The position numbers were made by a program, and so were the translations under genes. A stretch of DNA of 61,936 nt, filler included. It is 6 parts of 6 records of this genome, joined end to end, with 100 filler letters (N's around TTAATTAATTAA, not from the genome) between each part and the next. Parts side by side here need not be neighbours in the genome. Positions count along the whole stretch, not along the records: positions 15,685 to 36,219 come from SRR31156797_9916; 5 more parts are not named here. The stretch is one strand, 5' to 3'. A model generated the notes under the pieces. The model worked only from the letters and a program-made list of their open reading frames with translations. It was not told the origin of the DNA and did no database searches. This document shows positions 19,972 through 29,765 of the stretch, piece by piece (within the stretch, counting starts at the first letter, position 1; each line of letters starts with the position of its first letter).

Positions 19972-20898
19972 ATGACGGGTATTCTTGATTCTGTGAATCA
20001 GCGTACGCAACTTGTCGGTCAAAACCGACTAGAATTATTAACTTTCCGTCTTAACGGACTCCAACGTTATGGCATTAACGTTTTTAAAGTCAAAGAAGTT
20101 TTGCAATGCCCTAAGTTGACCGCAATGCCAAACCTACACCATTTGGTGAAAGGTGTGGCGCATATTCGTGGTCAAACCCTTTCGGTGATTGACCTCAGTT
20201 TGGCCATTGGCGGGCGTCCAACTCAAGATGTGGAAAAAAGCTTCGTTGTTATTGCTGAATTTAACCGTACTATCCAAGCTTTCTTGGTTAGCTCTGTTGA
20301 GCGTATAATCAATATGCACTGGGAGGCAATCTTGCCACCACCTGAAGGTGCCGGTAGATCGAACTACTTAACCGCTGTTACTAATATCGATAATGAACTG
20401 GTCGAAATTCTTGATGTAGAAAAAATACTTGCAGAAATCGCACCAGTTGATGAATCTATGGATGAAAGTATCGGCCAAGACATCGCTGAAGCTGAACAAG
20501 AAAAGGCGATTGTTCGTCGTATATTGATTGCCGATGACTCGACAGTGGCTCGTAAACAGGTTCAACGAGCGATTGAGTCCATTGGCTTTGAATGCATTCT
20601 GACTAAAGATGGTAAAGATGCGTATGAAAAGCTGTTGGAAATGGCAAAAGAAGGTAGTATCTACGATCAAATCTCTCTCGTGATCTCAGATATCGAGATG
20701 CCAGAGATGGATGGGTATACTTTAACGGCTGAAATACGCCGACATAATGAATTGAAAGATCTTTATGTTATTCTGCACTCATCATTGAGTGGGGTCTTTA
20801 ACCAAGCGATGGTTGAACGAGTGGGTGCAAACTCATTTATTGCTAAGTTCAATCCAGATGAGCTTGGTAACGCGGTGAAGGCTGCGCTAGTAAAATAA
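19972..20898 (+). CDS. cheV: Chemotaxis protein CheV
   Basis: CheW domain (YGINVFKVKEV) plus REC (ADDS, SDIEMPEMDG). Confidence 0.95.
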   Translation: MTGILDSVNQRTQLVGQNRLELLTFRLNGLQRYGINVFKVKEVLQCPKLTAMPNLHHLVKGVAHIRGQTLSVIDLSLAIGGRPTQDVEKSFVVIAEFNRTIQAFLVSSVERIINMHWEAILPPPEGAGRSNYLTAVTNIDNELVEILDVEKILAEIAPVDESMDESIGQDIAEAEQEKAIVRRILIADDSTVARKQVQRAIESIGFECILTKDGKDAYEKLLEMAKEGSIYDQISLVISDIEMPEMDGYTLTAEIRRHNELKDLYVILHSSLSGVFNQAMVERVGANSFIAKFNPDELGNAVKAALVK

Positions 20899-20908
20899 AG
20901 AGAAATTA

Positions 20909-21736
20909 ATGACTGCTATTTCTATAAGCGATCAAGAATATCGCGACTTTTGCCGGTTTCTAGAAGCTCAGTGCGGAATTGTACTGGGCGATAGTAAACA
21001 GTATTTGGTGAGAAGTCGTCTGAGTCCTTTAGTGACTAAATATAAGCTAGCCAGTTTGTCTGACTTGTTGCGCGATGTCGTCACTGGGCGAAATCGAGAT
21101 TTGCGAGTGGCAGCCGTTGATGCAATGACAACCAACGAAACGTTATGGTTCCGTGATACTTACCCGTATACCGTGCTTGCGGATCGTTTGTTGCCTGAGT
21201 TGGCGGCAAATAAGCGGCCGATTAAGATTTGGTCTTCTGCGAGCTCGTCGGGTCAAGAACCGTATTCAATGGCAATGACTGTGTTAGAAGTTCAACAGCG
21301 CAAACCAGGTTTACTGCCGAGCGTCTCTATTACCGCTACCGATATTTCAGCAAGCATGTTGGATATGTGTCGCGCTGGGGTATATGACAATTTGGCATTA
21401 GGACGTGGTTTATCACCGGAACGTCGTCGTACTTTCTTTGAAGAAGCGGGCGATGGCCGAATGAAAATCAAAGATAATGTAAAGCGAATGGTGAACTTCC
21501 GTCCACAAAACCTGATGGACAGCTATGCATTGCTGGGTAAGTTCGACATTATATTTTGTCGTAACGTGTTGATTTACTTCTCGCCAGAGATGAAATCAAA
21601 AGTGCTGAATCAAATGGCAAACAATTTAAACCCGGGTGGGTATTTATTGTTGGGTGCCTCGGAATCGCTGACGGGGTTAACCGACCGATTTGAAATGGTT
21701 CGTTGTAATCCAGGCATTATATACAAACTGAAATAA
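20909..21736 (+). CDS. cheR: Chemotaxis methyltransferase CheR
   Basis: TTNETLWFRD, SSGQEPYS, ATDIS, FCRNVLIYF. Confidence 0.95.
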   Translation: MTAISISDQEYRDFCRFLEAQCGIVLGDSKQYLVRSRLSPLVTKYKLASLSDLLRDVVTGRNRDLRVAAVDAMTTNETLWFRDTYPYTVLADRLLPELAANKRPIKIWSSASSSGQEPYSMAMTVLEVQQRKPGLLPSVSITATDISASMLDMCRAGVYDNLALGRGLSPERRRTFFEEAGDGRMKIKDNVKRMVNFRPQNLMDSYALLGKFDIIFCRNVLIYFSPEMKSKVLNQMANNLNPGGYLLLGASESLTGLTDRFEMVRCNPGIIYKLK

Positions 21737-21744
21737 GCTATCCT

Positions 21745-21774
21745 AAGCCCGGCCATCCGCCGGGCTTTTTCTTT
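21745..21774 (+). terminator. Terminator after cheR
   Basis: AAGCCCGGC-catcc-GCCGGGCTTTTT. Confidence 0.85.
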
Positions 21775-21797
21775 GCTCTGCTTTAGGCTATACCTAA

Positions 21798-21830
21798 TAT
21801 ACTCAAGTAACCTTTGAGTACTTGGGTAAA
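21798..21830. repeat. Collapsed ERIC-like element (two termini, no core)
   Basis: TATACTCAAGTAACCT-TTGAGTACTTGGGTAAA, an imperfect palindrome matching both ERIC-type ends. Confidence 0.45.
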
Positions 21831-21966
21831 CCTTTGCCGCCTATTGCGGTAAAGGCGATACAACTTTATGACATTCCAAACTTCAAAAAAGTTGTTCACT
21901 GAAAAACGGCTTGCTTTTTGCAAGCTTAGAAATGGGTTAATGGTTTATTCGCTATCATTTTAAAAC

Positions 21967-21983
21967 TTGGTACGCTAATTGCT
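21967..21983 (+). promoter_or_regulatory. sigma54 promoter for flgB operon
   Basis: TTGGTACGCTAATTGCT. Confidence 0.88.
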
Positions 21984-22027
21984 TTTAATCTAGTACTAAC
22001 GGTCAGTTCTTATCGAAGAGGCAAAAC

Positions 22028-22423
22028 ATGGCTATTTCTTTTGACAACGCACTCGGAATACACCAGCACACGGTGGGTGTTCGTGAACGCAATGCTGAGG
22101 TTATCTCAACCAACATTGCACAAGCGAATACGCCGGGGTTTAAGGCAAAAGGAATGGACTTTAAAAGAGCTTTGCAGGCGGCAACTTCGGAGGCAAGCAT
22201 TGGGCTTAGCCGTACCGATGGTCGGCATATTTCTGCCTCAACGACAGTGACAGGGGAAATGCTTTACCGCACTCCGGATCAACCTGACACGGGTGATGGC
22301 AATACGGTGGATGTGGATTTAGAACGTAATTTGTTCATGCAAAACCAGATTCGCCACCAGGCATCACTTGACTTCCTAGGAAGTAAATTCAAGAACTTAA
22401 CGAAAGCAATCAAAGGGGAGTAA
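22028..22423 (+). CDS. flgB: Basal-body rod protein FlgB
   Basis: NIAQANTPGFK, DGNTVDVDLE. Confidence 0.96.
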   Translation: MAISFDNALGIHQHTVGVRERNAEVISTNIAQANTPGFKAKGMDFKRALQAATSEASIGLSRTDGRHISASTTVTGEMLYRTPDQPDTGDGNTVDVDLERNLFMQNQIRHQASLDFLGSKFKNLTKAIKGE

Positions 22424-22428
22424 TTTAG

Positions 22429-22845
22429 ATGAGCTTATTTAATGTGTTCAACGTAACGGGTTCTGCTATGAGTGCTGAATCTGTACGTCTAAATACGACC
22501 TCAAGTAACTTAGCGAACGCCGACAGTATCAGCAGCTCTGCTGAAGATACGTATAAAGCGCGTCACGCTGTGTTTGGTGCTGAGTTAAGTAAAGCACGTT
22601 ATAACCGCGACCCTAACGTGCCTGTGAAAGTGTTAGGTATTGTTGAAAGTGATAAACCACTTTCGGCTGAGTTTAACCCTGACCATCCACTTGCAAATGA
22701 CGAAGGCTATATTTACAAGCCAAACGTTAATGTAATGGAAGAAATGGCTAACATGATTTCTGCATCTCGTTCATACCAAACCAATGTTCAAGTTGCAGAT
22801 GCTAGTAAACAAATGCTGCTGCGTACGCTGCAGATGGGTCAGTAA
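22429..22845 (+). CDS. flgC: Basal-body rod protein FlgC
   Basis: SNLANADS, PDHPLA, PNVNVMEEM..ASRSYQTN. Confidence 0.96.
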   Translation: MSLFNVFNVTGSAMSAESVRLNTTSSNLANADSISSSAEDTYKARHAVFGAELSKARYNRDPNVPVKVLGIVESDKPLSAEFNPDHPLANDEGYIYKPNVNVMEEMANMISASRSYQTNVQVADASKQMLLRTLQMGQ

Positions 22846-22861
22846 GGATAGGAGGTAGCGT

Positions 22862-23569
22862 ATGGCCGGAATAGATAACGTTGGTCAAAGCGGCTTGTCC
22901 TATGTTGACCAGCTGAAGGCACTTCAAGAGCAGAAAAAGCCGACTGAGACCACGGGTAAGCAAGAGCTTAAACAAGAAGACTTTCTTTCCCTACTCACAA
23001 AGCAACTGTCTCAACAAGATCCTTTTAAGCCGGTTGGCAATGACCAGATGATTGCGCAAATGGCGTCATTTGCGACGGTTGATGGTATTGGCAAGATGAA
23101 CACTCAGTTTGAGAGTTTGAACTCGTCAATGACTTCTAACCAAGCACTGCAAGCATCGTCTCTGGTAGGTCGTGATGTATTGGTACCAGGAGCTGCTGGC
23201 GTCAAGAAAGATGATGCAGGCATGGCGGCAATGGTGAAGCTTCCTGCTTCGGTCGATAACTTATTTGTTCGTATCGAAAACGAAATGGGACAGTTAGTTC
23301 GTACTATGGATGTAGGAGCTAAACCAGCCGGTGATAACCGTGTCGAATGGGATGGAAAAGATGAAAACGGTAATTCATTGCCAGCCGGCAAATACAATGT
23401 AAAGGCTGCTGGTTTACTGGATGGTGCAAGTACTGAGTTTGATGTTTCAACTTACGCAAACGTCAACAGTGTGCTACTCGGTAAAGGCGATGGTAACGTA
23501 CTACTCAATCTAGCTGGTTTTACATCGCCTGTGAAACTTGCTGAAGTACTAGAAGTTGGCCAAGCATAG
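22862..23569 (+). CDS. flgD: Hook capping protein FlgD
   Basis: DFLSLLTKQLSQQDPFKP, WDGKDENG. Confidence 0.96.
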   Translation: MAGIDNVGQSGLSYVDQLKALQEQKKPTETTGKQELKQEDFLSLLTKQLSQQDPFKPVGNDQMIAQMASFATVDGIGKMNTQFESLNSSMTSNQALQASSLVGRDVLVPGAAGVKKDDAGMAAMVKLPASVDNLFVRIENEMGQLVRTMDVGAKPAGDNRVEWDGKDENGNSLPAGKYNVKAAGLLDGASTEFDVSTYANVNSVLLGKGDGNVLLNLAGFTSPVKLAEVLEVGQA

Positions 23570-23597
23570 TAATGCTAGCTAGATAGGAGAATTTGGA

Positions 23598-24902
23598 ATG
23601 TCATATGTATCTCTTAGCGGTTTATCCGCAGCTCAGTTAGATCTGAATACAACAAGTAACAACATTGCGAACGCAAACACGTTTGGCTTTAAAGAGTCTC
23701 GTGCTGAATTTGGTGATGTTTACTCTAACTCTTTATTTACGAACTCTAAAACCACTCCAGGTGGCGGTGTTCAGGCAAATAAAGTTGCCCAGCAATTCCA
23801 TGAAGGTTCAAGTATTTATACGAATAACCCTATGGATCTACGTATTTCTGGTACCGGCTTTTTTGCAGTATCTAAAGAGCGTCTCATTCCACAGCAAAAT
23901 GAATTGACTCGTAACGGTGCTTTCCACCTGAACAAAGACAATTACATGGTGACGTCGAATGATGAGTTCTTACTGGGCTATCAGGTAAACCCTGATACAG
24001 GCGATGTACTTTCTTATGAGCCTTCGCCGCTGAACATTCCAGCAGAGTTTGGTAAGCCTAAACAGACGGCGAACGTTGAAGTTGGTGTTAACTTACCAGC
24101 AAACGGTGAGCTTAAGGATCCAGCGTTGTTTGACTACAATGATCCGGAAACTTATAACCGCTCAACGTCTTCGACTGTTTATGACTCTATGGGTCAGTCG
24201 TATAAGATGACTACGTACTACCTGAAAGATCAAACACAGCCTAACACGTGGCAAACGTATTACACCATGACAGATAAAGAAGGCGAAAAGCCTTTGAATA
24301 TCACGGGTGGTGATGCGTCAACGCCAACAGGTCATGTTGGTCACACTATGCAGTTTAATAACGATGGTACACTGGCGAACATTAACAGTGGTCAGCCTGT
24401 AGTATCTGAAGCATTAGGTGCAGGAGCAGTTCCGGTTAACTTAAACGGCGCTGATATCAACCAAACAATCTCCTTCGGTTTAGATTCAGCAACTCAGTTT
24501 GCTGCCCCGTTTGAATTGACTAAGTTTGATGAAGATGGTGCGACAACGGGTTTCCTGACTAAAGTCGACTTTGATGAAAACGGTAGTGTGTTAGGTACTT
24601 ATTCTAACGGTGAAAATATCACTTTAGGCCGCGTTGCTTTGGTTCGTGTATCCAATGAACAAGGCCTTGATAAGAAAGGTGGTACGCAATGGGATTCAAC
24701 TCAAATGTCAGGTGACAAAATTTGGGGTGAATCTAACAAAGGTTCTTTCGGTACTATTAACAACGGTACGCTTGAACAATCAAACATTGATATGACCCAA
24801 GAGCTTGTTGACCTGATTTCAGCTCAGCGTAACTTTCAGGCGAATTCACGTGCGCTTGAAGTTCACAACCAGCTACAACAAAACATCCTGCAGATTCGAT
24901 AA
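23598..24902 (+). CDS. flgE: Hook protein FlgE
   Basis: SNNIANANTFGFK, VYDSMG, LEQSNIDMTQELVDLISAQRNFQAN. Confidence 0.96.
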   Translation: MSYVSLSGLSAAQLDLNTTSNNIANANTFGFKESRAEFGDVYSNSLFTNSKTTPGGGVQANKVAQQFHEGSSIYTNNPMDLRISGTGFFAVSKERLIPQQNELTRNGAFHLNKDNYMVTSNDEFLLGYQVNPDTGDVLSYEPSPLNIPAEFGKPKQTANVEVGVNLPANGELKDPALFDYNDPETYNRSTSSTVYDSMGQSYKMTTYYLKDQTQPNTWQTYYTMTDKEGEKPLNITGGDASTPTGHVGHTMQFNNDGTLANINSGQPVVSEALGAGAVPVNLNGADINQTISFGLDSATQFAAPFELTKFDEDGATTGFLTKVDFDENGSVLGTYSNGENITLGRVALVRVSNEQGLDKKGGTQWDSTQMSGDKIWGESNKGSFGTINNGTLEQSNIDMTQELVDLISAQRNFQANSRALEVHNQLQQNILQIR

Positions 24903-25038
24903 TTCGATCATCTGGTCTATCAAGCCAGCGGCAACGCTGGCTTGATAGGTTGCCAGCTTGCCACATTGCCGCACGGCAATTCTCTCCTCAAAATTTCCAT
25001 TTTCCATCTAACCTTCTGATAAATATTAAATTTAAAAA

Positions 25039-25055
25039 CTGGCACGCGTATTGCT
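25039..25055 (+). promoter_or_regulatory. Internal sigma54 promoter for flgF-J
   Basis: CTGGCACGCGTATTGCT. Confidence 0.88.
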
Positions 25056-25090
25056 TTAATGTTCATAACTGATGAATTTTGGAGCAAATT

Positions 25091-25840
25091 ATGGACCGCG
25101 CATTGTTTCTTGCCATGAGTGGCGCAAAACAAAACATGCAAGCGATGCAGCTAAGAGCGAACAACTTGGCTAACGTGAGTACGACAGGTTTTCGTGCTGA
25201 TTTAGCGCAAGCTCGTTCAATGCAAGCTTATGGTGATGGTTTACCAAGCCGAGTGTTCAGTATGACTGAGCGCCCTGGAAGTAACTTCCAGCAAGGCAGT
25301 GTTGTTACCACGGGAAATGATTTGGATTTATCGATTCAAGGCGATGGTTGGATATCTGTACTGGATAAATCTGGTGCTGAAGGTCTGACTCGTAACGGTA
25401 ACCTACAAGTTGATCAAACCGGTCTATTGATGAACAGCAGCGGACATTTGGTGCTGGGTGAAACAGGCGCGCCAATTACATTACCGGTACCTATAACAAA
25501 AGTAGAAATTGGTAATGACGGTACGATTTCTGTGCGTCCTCAGGGAGCGCCTGCGGATGCGATGGAAATCGTTGACCGTATTAAACTTGTTCGACCGAAT
25601 AGCCAAGATTTATATAAAGATGTAAACGGTCTTTTCCGCGCAAAAGATCCAAACGCGGCATACGAAGCGGATGCCAATGTAAAAATCCTGACTCGCTCCT
25701 TAGAAGGCAGTAACGTTAATGCGGTTGGTGAAATGACCAGCTTAATTGAATTACAGCGTCAGTTTGAAATGCAAGTCAAAATGATGAGCACGGCAGAAGA
25801 TATGGACAAATCGTCTGACTCTCTGCTTCGTATGAGCTAA
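25091..25840 (+). CDS. flgF: Basal-body rod protein FlgF
   Basis: MDRALFLAMSGA, ANNLANVSTTGF, LEGSNVN. ATG 25091 follows SD GGAG. Confidence 0.96.
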   Translation: MDRALFLAMSGAKQNMQAMQLRANNLANVSTTGFRADLAQARSMQAYGDGLPSRVFSMTERPGSNFQQGSVVTTGNDLDLSIQGDGWISVLDKSGAEGLTRNGNLQVDQTGLLMNSSGHLVLGETGAPITLPVPITKVEIGNDGTISVRPQGAPADAMEIVDRIKLVRPNSQDLYKDVNGLFRAKDPNAAYEADANVKILTRSLEGSNVNAVGEMTSLIELQRQFEMQVKMMSTAEDMDKSSDSLLRMS

Positions 25841-25860
25841 CCAGTTGAAAGGAAATTAGT

Positions 25861-26649
25861 ATGCAGCCGGCATTATGGGTAAGTAAAACAGGCCTCGACG
25901 CGCAGCAAACCAATATTGCTACGATCTCGAACAACTTAGCGAACGCCTCGACTATTGGTTACAAAAAAAGTCGCGCCGTATTTGAAGATTTGTTCTACCA
26001 GAATATTAACCAACCAGGCGGTCAGTCATCTCAAAATACTGAACTACCGAGTGGTTTGATGTTAGGTGCGGGTTCCAAAGTAGTGGCAACTCAAAAAGTT
26101 CACACCAATGGTAACGCGCAAACAACCACGAACAGTTTAGATATGATGATTGAAGGCGACGGTTTTTTCCAAATCCTGATGCCGGATGGCAATATCGGCT
26201 ATTCTCGTAACGGTCAGTTCACGCTGAATGATGAAGGTGTGATCGTCACTTCAGGTGCAGGCTACGCATTGGAACCTGAAATCGTGGTGCCTGAAGACGC
26301 TATCTCAATCACAATTGGTAACGACGGTGAAGTATCTGCCCGTATCCGTGGTCAGCAAGATAACCAGGTGCTAGGACAAATCACCACGGTTGATTTTATT
26401 AATCCGGGCGGTTTAGAGCCGATTGGTCAGAACCTTTATTTGCCGACAGGTGCGAGCGGTGACCCTCAAGAAGGGGTTCCGGGATTCGATGGCCTTGGTG
26501 ATATTCGTCAATCTACACTAGAAAGCTCAAATGTGAACGTCACAGAAGAGTTAGTCAATATGATTGAAGCGCAGCGTGTCTATGAAATGAACTCAAAAGT
26601 CATCTCGGCAGTAGATAAGATGATGAGCTACGCGAACCAACAGCTCTAA
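25861..26649 (+). CDS. flgG: Distal rod protein FlgG
   Basis: ALWVSKTGLDAQQ, FEDLFYQ, LESSNVNVTEELVNMI. Confidence 0.96.
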   Translation: MQPALWVSKTGLDAQQTNIATISNNLANASTIGYKKSRAVFEDLFYQNINQPGGQSSQNTELPSGLMLGAGSKVVATQKVHTNGNAQTTTNSLDMMIEGDGFFQILMPDGNIGYSRNGQFTLNDEGVIVTSGAGYALEPEIVVPEDAISITIGNDGEVSARIRGQQDNQVLGQITTVDFINPGGLEPIGQNLYLPTGASGDPQEGVPGFDGLGDIRQSTLESSNVNVTEELVNMIEAQRVYEMNSKVISAVDKMMSYANQQL

Positions 26650-26668
26650 CTGATTAATTGAGAGATTT

Positions 26669-27454
26669 ATGATGAAACGTTTAGTTAGCCTTATTTTCAT
26701 TTTGACTCTTTCTGGGTGTGGCTTATTGCCGGAAGAGATCGAAACTTCTGATGTTACGGCAGGTACGACCGTTGTCGACGCTGTAGAAGGTGATAAAGCA
26801 GCGGAAGAGAGCGGCTCAGGTATTGTCGATACATTACGTAAGCGTAACGATCCTGTTGCTGGCGACCCTGCTTGGGCACCGATTCACCCTAAAGCCGCCC
26901 CTGAACATTATGCGGCTGAAACAGGCTCTCTCTTCAATTTGGCACAGGCAAACAGTCTGTATGACGATTCTAAACCTCGCGGAATTGGCGACATTATTAC
27001 CGTGAACTTGGATGAAAATACCAAAGCGGCAAAGAGTGCTGATGCAGATTTGTCTAAATCGAATGATGCTTCAATGGATCCTTTGAGCGTGGGCGGTCAA
27101 GAGCTGAACGTTGGTGAGTACAATTTCTCGTATGAACTGAGTAATGACAATAACTTTACCGGTAGTTCCGCGGCAAACCAAAGCAATAGTTTGTCGGGAT
27201 CGATTACGGTAGAGGTTATTGAAGTGCTGGCTAATGGTAATTTAGTAATTCGTGGTGAAAAATGGCTGACTCTGAACACGGGTGATGAGTATATTCGCTT
27301 GAGTGGAACCATTCGTCCTGATGATATTGACTTCGATAACACTATTGCGTCTAACCGTATTTCCAACGCTCGAATTCAATATTCTGGTACTGGAACTAAC
27401 CAAGATATGCAAGAACCTGGATTCTTGGCACGATTTTTTAATGTCTCTCTGTAG
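26669..27454 (+). CDS. flgH: L-ring protein FlgH
   Basis: Lipobox [28 protein letters not shown]. Confidence 0.96.
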   Translation: MMKRLVSLIFILTLSGCGLLPEEIETSDVTAGTTVVDAVEGDKAAEESGSGIVDTLRKRNDPVAGDPAWAPIHPKAAPEHYAAETGSLFNLAQANSLYDDSKPRGIGDIITVNLDENTKAAKSADADLSKSNDASMDPLSVGGQELNVGEYNFSYELSNDNNFTGSSAANQSNSLSGSITVEVIEVLANGNLVIRGEKWLTLNTGDEYIRLSGTIRPDDIDFDNTIASNRISNARIQYSGTGTNQDMQEPGFLARFFNVSL

Positions 27455-27498
27455 ATTAAGCTCTGCAGTCGAAGATTTGACAGTAATCAGTTAATGAC

Positions 27499-27529
27499 GA
27501 TGAGGCCTAATTGGCCTCATTTGTTTTTT
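27499..27529 (+). terminator. Hairpin/possible attenuating terminator between flgH and flgI
   Basis: GATGAGGCC-taatt-GGCCTCATT followed by TGTTTTTT. Confidence 0.55.
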
Positions 27530-27559
27530 AAGACCAAGCCGTAACTAAGGTAAACCACG

Positions 27560-28645
27560 ATGAAAAAACTCACTTTGTTATTATTGATGCTAGTAACAGC
27601 AAGCGTTAACGCTGCTCGCATCAAAGACGTTGCTCAAGTGGCAGGTGTTCGTAGTAACCAATTAGTCGGTTATGGTTTGGTTACGGGCCTGCCGGGAACC
27701 GGCGAATCAACGCCATTCTCTGATCAAAGCTTTAATGCCATGCTGCAAAATTTCGGCATCCAATTGCCGCCGGGTACCAAACCGAAAACAAAGAACGTTG
27801 CCGCTGTTATTGTGACCGCTGATTTACCTGCATTTTCTAAACAAGGTCAGACGGTTGATATTACCGTTTCATCTATTGGTTCTGCGAAGAGTCTACGTGG
27901 TGGTACGCTGATGCAAACCTTCCTAAAAGGTTTGGATGGCCAGGTTTATGCTGTCGCGCAAGGTAACTTAGTCGTGAGTGGATTTAGTGCTTCTGGTGCT
28001 GACGGCTCAAAAGTGGTGGGTAATAACCCAACCGTGGGTATGATTTCTGGTGGCGCGATTGTTGAGCGTGAAGTCCCAACACCTTTTGGTCGTGGCGATT
28101 TCATCACCTTTAACTTATTAGAATCGGATTTTACTACGGCACAGCGCATGGCTGATGCAGTAAATAACTTCTTAGGCCCGCAGATGGCTTCACCTATCGA
28201 TGCGGCATCGGTGCGAGTCAGAGCGCCTCGAGATGTAAGCCAACGTGTGGCATTCCTCTCTGCGATTGAAAATTTAGAATTTAACCCTGCGGACGGTTCA
28301 GCGAAGATTATTGTTAACTCTCGTACAGGTACTATCGTTGTTGGTCAGCATGTGCGCTTAAAACCTGCTGCGGTGACGCACGGTGGCATGACGGTTGCGA
28401 TTAAAGAAAACTTGAATGTAAGCCAGCCAAATGCTTTCTCTGGTGGTCAAACAGTCGTTGTACCAGACTCGCAAATTGATGTTGAAGAGAAGCAAGGCAA
28501 AATGTTTAAGCTAGAGCCCGGTGTCACGCTTGATGAACTGGTTCGTGCTGTGAATGAAGTGGGCGCTGCTCCTTCGGATTTGATGGCAATTCTGCAAGCG
28601 CTTAAGCAAGCGGGCGCTCTAGAAGGTCAACTGATCATTATCTAA
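27560..28645 (+). CDS. flgI: P-ring protein FlgI
   Basis: [35 protein letters not shown]. Confidence 0.96.
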   Translation: MKKLTLLLLMLVTASVNAARIKDVAQVAGVRSNQLVGYGLVTGLPGTGESTPFSDQSFNAMLQNFGIQLPPGTKPKTKNVAAVIVTADLPAFSKQGQTVDITVSSIGSAKSLRGGTLMQTFLKGLDGQVYAVAQGNLVVSGFSASGADGSKVVGNNPTVGMISGGAIVEREVPTPFGRGDFITFNLLESDFTTAQRMADAVNNFLGPQMASPIDAASVRVRAPRDVSQRVAFLSAIENLEFNPADGSAKIIVNSRTGTIVVGQHVRLKPAAVTHGGMTVAIKENLNVSQPNAFSGGQTVVVPDSQIDVEEKQGKMFKLEPGVTLDELVRAVNEVGAAPSDLMAILQALKQAGALEGQLIII

Positions 28646-28655
28646 GGAGTTGAAG

Positions 28656-29594
28656 ATGGTTAATAATCCTCAAGATATTGGTTTTATTCACGATATCGCA
28701 AGTCTAGATAAACTACGTAAGCAAGCGGTTGGTGGTGATGAAAGTTCGGAAAAAGCTGCTTTAACGGCAGCGGCGCGTCAGTTTGAATCGATTTTCACCA
28801 ATATGATGTTGAAATCAATGCGTGATGCTAACTCTGGTTTTAAATCAGAGATGTTCAACAGTCAGAACGAAGATTTCTACCGCCAAATGCTTGATGAGCA
28901 AATGACCAGTGAGCTAAGTTCGTCAGGCTCATTAGGCTTAGCCGATATGATCGTGGCTCAACTTTCTGCATCAGAAAAACCACAGGCTGGTGGTGAGGAT
29001 GCCTTTCAAGAAGCGATGCGCCGTGTGGAGCATGCTCGAGAGAACAGCTCTAGCCGTGTTGAAGAGCCTGCCACAGCGGCAGAGGCGGCAACGACTGCCG
29101 CGACCGCTCCTGTTCAGCCGACCAATTTTGATTCACCTAAATCTTTTGTCTCTTCATTAAAACCTTATGCAGATAAAGCGGCAAAAGCGCTCGGTGTTGA
29201 TGCTTCACTGTTGATTGCACAAGCTGCGTTGGAAACCGGCTGGGGGCAGAAAGTGGTTAAGAATGCTCGTGGTAGCAGTAACAACCTGTTTAACATCAAA
29301 GCCGATCGCAGTTGGCAAGGTGATAAAGTGGCTACCCAAACATTGGAATATCATCAGAATACGCCAGTAATGGAAAAAGCCGCATTTCGTTCGTACAACA
29401 CTTATCAGGACAGTTTTAACGATTATGTTCGCTTCCTGGAAAGAAACCCACGTTATACCACGGCCTTACAACATCAAGGCAATAACGAACAGTTCATTCG
29501 CGGTATTCATCAAGCCGGGTATGCGACAGACCCTCAATACGCAGATAAAGTACTGCGAGTTAAATCTCAGATTGATCAGATGGGCGAGCTTTAA
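28656..29594 (+). CDS. flgJ: Rod assembly muramidase FlgJ
   Basis: ARQFESIF..MLKSMR, AQAALETGWG, NNLFNIKA, GYATDPQY. Confidence 0.96.
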   Translation: MVNNPQDIGFIHDIASLDKLRKQAVGGDESSEKAALTAAARQFESIFTNMMLKSMRDANSGFKSEMFNSQNEDFYRQMLDEQMTSELSSSGSLGLADMIVAQLSASEKPQAGGEDAFQEAMRRVEHARENSSSRVEEPATAAEAATTAATAPVQPTNFDSPKSFVSSLKPYADKAAKALGVDASLLIAQAALETGWGQKVVKNARGSSNNLFNIKADRSWQGDKVATQTLEYHQNTPVMEKAAFRSYNTYQDSFNDYVRFLERNPRYTTALQHQGNNEQFIRGIHQAGYATDPQYADKVLRVKSQIDQMGEL

Positions 29595-29692
29595 CTTTTT
29601 CTTTAAAAACAACCGGTATCTCAATGCCGGTTGTTTCATTTTCCACTTCTATTATTGTTATTAATCCGTATCTTACCTATCGAAACCTCCAG

Positions 29693-29709
29693 TTGGCACA
29701 CATGTTGCT
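29693..29709 (+). promoter_or_regulatory. sigma54 promoter for flgKL
   Basis: TTGGCACACATGTTGCT. Confidence 0.9.
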
Positions 29710-29765
29710 TTATACCCTGTAGATAGTCAGTTAACACTGATGTTTTTATAGTTTTTGGGGGCAGT

